Source: Eledone cirrhosa (Eukaryota). From it: a stretch of DNA of 64,000 bases. How positions within the stretch are numbered: position 1 is the stretch's first letter; each line of letters starts with the position of its first letter. Shown here one piece after another: positions 57,715 to 64,000 of this stretch. The position numbers and the translations under genes are program-made. The stretch is from positions 207,762,001-207,826,000 of the forward strand of contig OZ024742.1 in NCBI GenBank assembly GCA_964016885.1, given 5' to 3'. Below the pieces are notes generated by a model, which saw only the letters and a program-made list of their open reading frames with translations, did no database searches and was not told the origin of the DNA.

Positions 57715-58362
57715 GAAGTGTTGGGGTGTCAATGCTTTGCGGCATTTACCTACGGCCCTTTACATTCTGAGTTCTAATTCCGCCGAAGTTAGCTTTGACG
57801 TTCATCATTACGGGGTCGGTATAATAAAGTACCAGTAACGTACTGGAGTAGATTTAATCGACTTTCACTTCCTCTAAAATTGTTGGCCTTATGCCTAAAT
57901 CCGAAACCGTTATTATTAGAAGAATTGCTATGGTGTCGGAATAAATGCTTTACAACATTCACTTGCGGCTATTTATGTTTTGAGTTCAAATCCCGATTCA
58001 AATTACATTTCATGATTCGGGGGTTGATAAAGTAAAATACAATTCCAGTATATATTTCCATTTAAATAATATTCCCAAATCCCAAAATTGTATCCCCTGT
58101 GCCTAAATTAGAAACAATTATCATTATTATTAGTGCGATGGATTGGCAATATATTTAGAGTTTCTGTCAAAATGCTTTGCAATATTTCTTCCCGCTCTTT
58201 AAGTTCTGAGTTTAAATCTCCTCGAGCTCAACATTACTTTTTTTTTTTTTCTGGGATTGTTAATATGAAATATCAAACAAAAATTGGGCTTTATATACAC
58301 GGCTTTCTTCTTTTTTGCAAAAGTACTGGCTTTGTGCCTAAATCAGAAGCCATTTTTTATTA
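57715..58362 (+). mobile_element. Three head-to-tail old long-form SINE copies
   Basis: Three diverged units contain tctgagttc(t/a)aat.c ... gtgcctaaat.agaaac.attatt. They retain an extra ~35-nt segment absent from the young copies. Confidence 0.7.
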
Positions 58363-59106
58363 ATGCTGAAGCCATTTTTGTAGTACAAGGTAACAATAAT
58401 AAGATAAACGTTGTTTACAACAAGTGTATGTCTTATCCACCATTACACCAAATGCATATAAACTTGAACTGCCAGATCGAGATCTAGGTGGTAATATATC
58501 TCTTTTAAATTGTGAACTCCAACTTAACATTTTATACAGAATGCATCTGCGTGTTTTTCGTGATTGAATTACCTCTTCAGTTTCAACCATTAGTATTTCC
58601 CTTGTTTTATAGAATGATTATAATCTATTTGACTGTGCACTGCATGGGCAGTTGTTTCTTGATATAATCCTCAAGCTGCGAGAGCTTGTTGAAGTTTTCA
58701 TAGACTATGAATGATTCCTGGTCACCATGATTGTGCGTGTAATAGTAGCTGAATCAAGTGAAATATATATACATTGTATTACAGAGTAAGTGACTGAACG
58801 TTTCACCGAAACTTTTACCATTAAACCAAATACTGAAGCAGACGCCTTAGTGTAACAATATGCGTGAAAAGAATACTCATGCAAATTACAAGTGAATCAC
58901 ACCACATCTGCTTTCGTGGAGTTTCCATCAATCCAATTCTGCTCACAACACATCATTGAACCCGATAATAGATTAGCAGACACACGTCTGAGATGCCATG
59001 TAATGAATCGATCCCAGAACCTATCGATAAAAATGGATTTAATTTTTACTATGCAACAATGTTCACAGATGATTATATATGTGCATGTACCCCCCCCCCC
59101 CCCCAC

Positions 59107-59141
<35 letters not shown>

Positions 59142-59532
59142 ATGGAATAGAATGAAACGAAATTTCATTTCTCACTCTTAGTACGGCACTTAGTTAAATG
59201 TTTACAAACAAACAAACCGAGCATTATAATAAATGTTCGCTAAACCGATACGTGCAAATATATATATGTGTGCATGTGTGTGTATATATATACATACTAC
59301 TGTGCGTCTGTATACATATATGTATGTACGTATACATACATAAATACTTACATTTAAGTAAGTGCCGTACTAAGAGTGAGAAATGAAATTTCGTTTCATT
59401 CTATTCCATTTATCGTTTTCGGTGCGCCCGGCCGATTGAACTCACTCGATATGCAGATTAGGCTGCTCATCCGTTAGTATGCATAAGGAAAGTATATACT
59501 TTCAGACGTTCAACCATCTGGCAGTAAGGTAT

Positions 59533-59575
59533 ACGATGCTGACGATAGCTAATAAGCTTGAAACTAGTACATCGT
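59533..59575 (+). ncRNA. Minimal type I hammerhead ribozyme
   Basis: acgaug-CUGACGA-u-agcu[aaua]agcu-u-GAAA-cuag-UA-caucgu. Stem I is a perfect 6 bp, stem III is the palindrome acuagu, and the triplet is GUA. Confidence 0.85.
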
Positions 59576-60354
59576 TCCTGTGTCAGTGTTGAACAAAAAG
59601 GTGACGTGGTTGCCTAAACACTGTACGGCGTAATTCGGGCTGTTTGTTTGTTTACAAACAAACAAACAAGCATTATAATAAATGTTCGGTAAACCGATAC
59701 GTGCATATATATATATGTGTGCATGTATGTATATATATACATACTACTGTACGTATGTATACATATATGTATGTACGTATACATATATATATATATAGTA
59801 ATAAGAATATTTATACTTATATATGTTTAATATACAATTATAAATATGGAGGGTAGTAGTAAGCCGCTTAACGGTATGACAAAAGGCTCAATGCAAATTG
59901 TCAAGTGTCTTACAGCACCGAGATACAAAGTGTTAAAACAATCAAATCTTAGTTTAATACATTTATTTGCTGACTAATGTTTCTTCCAGGGGGAGGTATG
60001 GAATCATCGGAGCATAGATAATGACTAAACAGGGATTAAAATCCTAGTCATTCAGATCATTTAGGTAGATATATAAGTGATGTTAGTGTCATAGACATAC
60101 ATGTAGAGAATCAGGAGTTAAAAAGATGTTATGCTTGAGAGAACACACTTACAAGGAGCACTGGTTAAAGGTATAAGCGGTACAAACAAAAAGTGCAGGC
60201 AAAAAAGTTACAAGCAAGGAAAAATGTAAGATAGGATAGACATAAGATATAAGATATAAGATATCTTAGCTTTGGAGATCAGGTAATGTGAAGGGTATAC
60301 AATGCAGGAGTTAATACAATCAATAAGGCTTGTCTTATTGATTATATTGACTCC

Positions 60355-61468
60355 AGCATTGTATGACCAAAAGCGCACGCATCAGTGGCTACGTAGTTCA
60401 GGGCTAAAGACGGAGAGTGAAAGCTTCATCTTAGCTGCCCAAGATCAAAGCTTATTGAATCGTAATTTCCAGACCAATGTAAAAGGCGGTGGATTGACAG
60501 TATCAGTAGAGGGTCGTACGCCATGCTTTGACGCATAGAGTTACGGCCCTTGCCATTCTGAGTTCAAATACAACCGAGGTTAACTTTGCCTTTCACCCTT
60601 ACGGGGTCGATAACATAAAGTACCAGTAATGCACTGGGTATTTGCTGGCCTTGTGCCAAAAGTAGAAACAATTACCAGGCCAATGTGATGAGAAACGGAA
60701 TAAACCCAATGTGCCTATTCTGCAATGCTGGGGTTGAAACAGTGGATCATTTAGTCTCTGGATGTAAAGTTTCAGCACCAATAGAATACAAATATAGACA
60801 TGACAGAGTTGGCCAATATTTACACTGGGTAATATGTCGGCATTACAAAATCACAGCTGAAGACAAGTGGTACAACCATCACCCTGAGGCTGTAAGTGAA
60901 GGAGAAAAAGTAACAATTCTCTGGGACTTTCCTGTACATACTAACAGGACCATAAAAACAAATAGACCTGACATAATTGTAAAAGATCAATATAACAAGG
61001 TCTGTTTATTGATAGATATGAGCATCCCATGTGATCACAATATCGCAGTAAAAAAATTTGACAAGCTACGAAAATATAAAGATCTGCTTATTGAAATTGA
61101 GAAAATGTGGTACCTCAAGGCCGTTACAATACCAATGATTCTGGGAGGACTGGGAATGATCAAGAAAGGAACAGAAAAATATTTGCGAATGATTCCTGGT
61201 TTACCCTCTCTGCACGAGATGCAAACAATTGTTTTGCCTGGTACTGCACACGTATTGAGAAGAGCACTATCTCTGTAAGATTGATATCCCTCCATGTATT
61301 TACATATACATATGCATATGTGTATATATGTATACTGGTTTTTTTATTTTTTTTATTATTATAATCAATGTGCTGTATTAACTGGCTTACCAATGCACAC
61401 TGTGAAATTATTTGCCCTAGGTGTCAGGAAGACACTCGGCATAGGTCCCAGAAACAATAATGAAAGAA

Positions 61469-61470
<2 letters not shown>
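60355..61470 (+). mobile_element. R4/Dong-like non-LTR 3' fragment (zinc finger plus RLE endonuclease), interrupted by a SINE
   Basis: ESESFILAAQDQSL, CLFC...ETVDHLVSGC, RHDRV, ILWDF, NRPDIIV, LIDMSIP, K..KY.DL. It is followed by (AAT)n at 61470-61541. Confidence 0.9.
60484..60670 (+). mobile_element. Full-length SINE inserted in the R4/Dong-like ORF
   Basis: A 17-bp TSD aatt(t/a)ccag(a/g)ccaatgt flanks the SINE and duplicates the host codons N(F/Y)Q(T/A)NV. Confidence 0.9.
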
Positions 61471-61521
<51 letters not shown>

Positions 61522-62389
61522 TAATAATAATAATAATAATAAGTTTCAGATTCATATTATATTGTTGTATCGCTCAAATATTCAATTTTGAATTATATAT
61601 TTTGTATTCAAAAAAAGAAAATGGTTATAAATGGAAGAAAACACCCTCTGTCTTCACTATATAGAACAGCCAAATAACAGCAATTTCACCAACACCAGAA
61701 ACTTGATACACCACCTATCCCATCACACTAAATATAACAGCCAGATAACGGCAATTTCACCACCACCACCATCAATCCCAGCATCATAGTAATAATTACT
61801 ATTATTATTGTCTCAAATTTTAACAAAATGTTTAATTCCAATTTTACGGGAATATGTCAACACAATATATATTAAACATACGAACACAAACTCATAGATA
61901 CTAGATATCAGTAACCACAACGCCACCTCTATCACCACCCCACCCCATCCATCATTGCTACCACTATCCCATCGCCGCCGCCACCACTCCTTCATTGCTA
62001 CCACCACTATTCCCCTGTTAACTTGAGAGTGAAAAGGGGAAGGAGGCGGTATCACTAGACAAGGGAGAGGCTAGCAAAAGATATAAATAGATTGACTTAG
62101 TGACCTGGCCACCGGCCAAACGTCAACATCAACAACTATGGGACTGCTGGCTCACCCCTTCCTCACCAACAATATAAAAAGCCCCGGCACCACCACCGAC
62201 ATAGCCAACAACAATAACAGGCAACTACTGCAAAAAGTATATTATATTATTGTAATGCACTGGGTGATTGCTGGCCTTGTGCCTGGAGTGGAGACAATTA
62301 TTAATAATTTCATTCTTAAGCCACGCAATGCTCACATTAAGGAACCACTCATGATAATAACAATTTAAAAAAACAACAAAAAGAAAACC

Positions 62390-64000
62390 CGTGACCAAGA
62401 AATACCGGATGGCGGCCGGCGGGGAATAGCCGTGTCTCTAGGGGAGAACGACCCCTCTAGTCTTGGTTGACACTCGTTCTAGAAGTGGTAACACGAAATG
62501 ATTACCCCTTGGCGGATAAGGATAAAACGCGACAAAATAAAGTAAATGTCTAATGATGAAATCTCATACCGGATCGGCCGTCACCCGGGTAAAAAAGGGC
62601 CGCGTCCCTCAGAGAGGAACCAGACTGGGGTCGAAAAATCAGCTAATGGTTCAAACCTTCCCATCACTTCGGAGCTGGAGACCTCCCATGAACGGAATAC
62701 TCCTACTGTTGGCCCTCCATGCTCACCACCAAGAAATCCAAAGGAAAAGAGAGAAAAATGGTCAAGGGAAGATAATAAAGAAGTCCTTGAGGCTTTCTAC
62801 ACTGCCATGTACTACCCATCAAATACATCGAATACAGAACAGACATATATCAACTGGAAAAAGAAACATCCCGAAAACAGAGGCTATATTGACAGTAACA
62901 AACTAGCCAATATACGAAGAAATATTGTAAGAAAAAAGTTACTTACTGATATAGAAATTGATCAGATCAAGCTATTAGCACAAAGTCAGCGAAGGGAAAA
63001 TGAAACATGTGTCAGTGAAAACGAGGTAAACTGTAACACTTCGAATCCCAGGGTTGGGGCGGAATCACTGGCAACAGAACAAATTAAAGAAAGGATCGAA
63101 AAAGTGAAGGAAGTGCATGCTCAGGATGAAACTCCAAATGAAAATAATGAGATCGTAAATGATAAAGAAATGAATGAGAATGAACTTGCCAACTTGAAGG
63201 ATGAAATTATGATCGAATGGATGAAAATGAAAGAATCTGACATGGGGAAACGAGACACCCTCCCTAAGATCCAGAACTCCAAACAGAACCAAAAGATAAT
63301 ACACAAGACTAACATAATTCTCAAAAACATTATCATCACAAACAAACTAAACATTACTGATTTAAATCATCTCTATTATGCATCGGCTAAAGTCACCACT
63401 CACTTATGTGGAGTGAAGATGAAAAAACAAAGGAATTCCCACAAGAAATCTACTTGGCAAGAGAACATCAATCGCCAAATAAACCTTCTCCGATCTGACA
63501 TAGATAACAAACTATAAAGTAGGTGAACATGTTAAACAAACTAAACTTAGAAAATTGAAAAAAAAGTACAGTATAAAATCAACATGTGACATAGACATGC
63601 TGATAGAAATAATCAAGCAAAAAGTGTCGGCCAAAGCTGCTCGTATAAAGCGCTTTGAAAAACGATCTAGATTCTATAAGGACAATAATATGTTCAAAAA
63701 CAACCAAAGCAACTTCTACAGAAAAATTGGTAAGTCAACAATAACTGCTAAATCAATACCACCCAAGGAGGAAGTGCAAGAATTCTGGGAAAAGATCTGG
63801 GCCGAAGAAAAAGTTCATAACATACATGCCGCATGGATAGACAGACAAATGAAAGATACAGCTCAACTTGAGGAACAAATATGGGAAAATATAACAGTTG
63901 AACAGCTGCGCTTGGCTCTAAGAAAATCCAGCAAATGGATATCTCCAGGAAAGACAAAATACAAAACTTTTGGATAAATGCCTTCACAGAGTCTCATGAG
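62390..64000 (+). mobile_element. 5' end of an R4/Dong-like non-LTR retrotransposon (runs off the window)
   Basis: ORFs 62546-63517 and 63555-63977 contain KWSRE.N..V...FY, KLAN.RRNI, LN.LYYASA, KQKV.AKA.RI.R...R..FY..N.MF, EFW.KIW and W.SPG.D, all N-terminal to RT in RLE-type elements. A GC-richer 5' UTR spans 62390-62545. Confidence 0.85.

Overview
AT-rich, microsatellite-dense animal genomic DNA. It is probably from a coleoid cephalopod or octopus; this is inferred from the GC-rich expanded 18S fragment and the repeat types. No host gene is confidently identifiable. The window is a graveyard of decayed mobile elements: several Penelope-like elements (Naiad-type with GLYRDD RT plus GIY-YIG, and Neptune-type), three R4/Dong-like non-LTR retroposons with a restriction-like endonuclease, RTE LINE remnants, more than 15 copies of one tRNA-derived SINE, a near-intact DD37D (maT) transposon, Helitron remnants and an orphan 18S rRNA pseudogene. 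Two observations stand out from reading the sequence. First, at least four canonical-core type I hammerhead ribozymes fold by hand, along with a repeated non-canonical variant; several sit in short non-coding cassettes with inverted repeats inside (TA)n. Second, all the SINE's clear target-site duplications start with ATTA, and it re-inserts serially at the same site to build head-to-tail arrays. Most ORFs in the track are microsatellite artefacts. All folds and alignments were done by eye.
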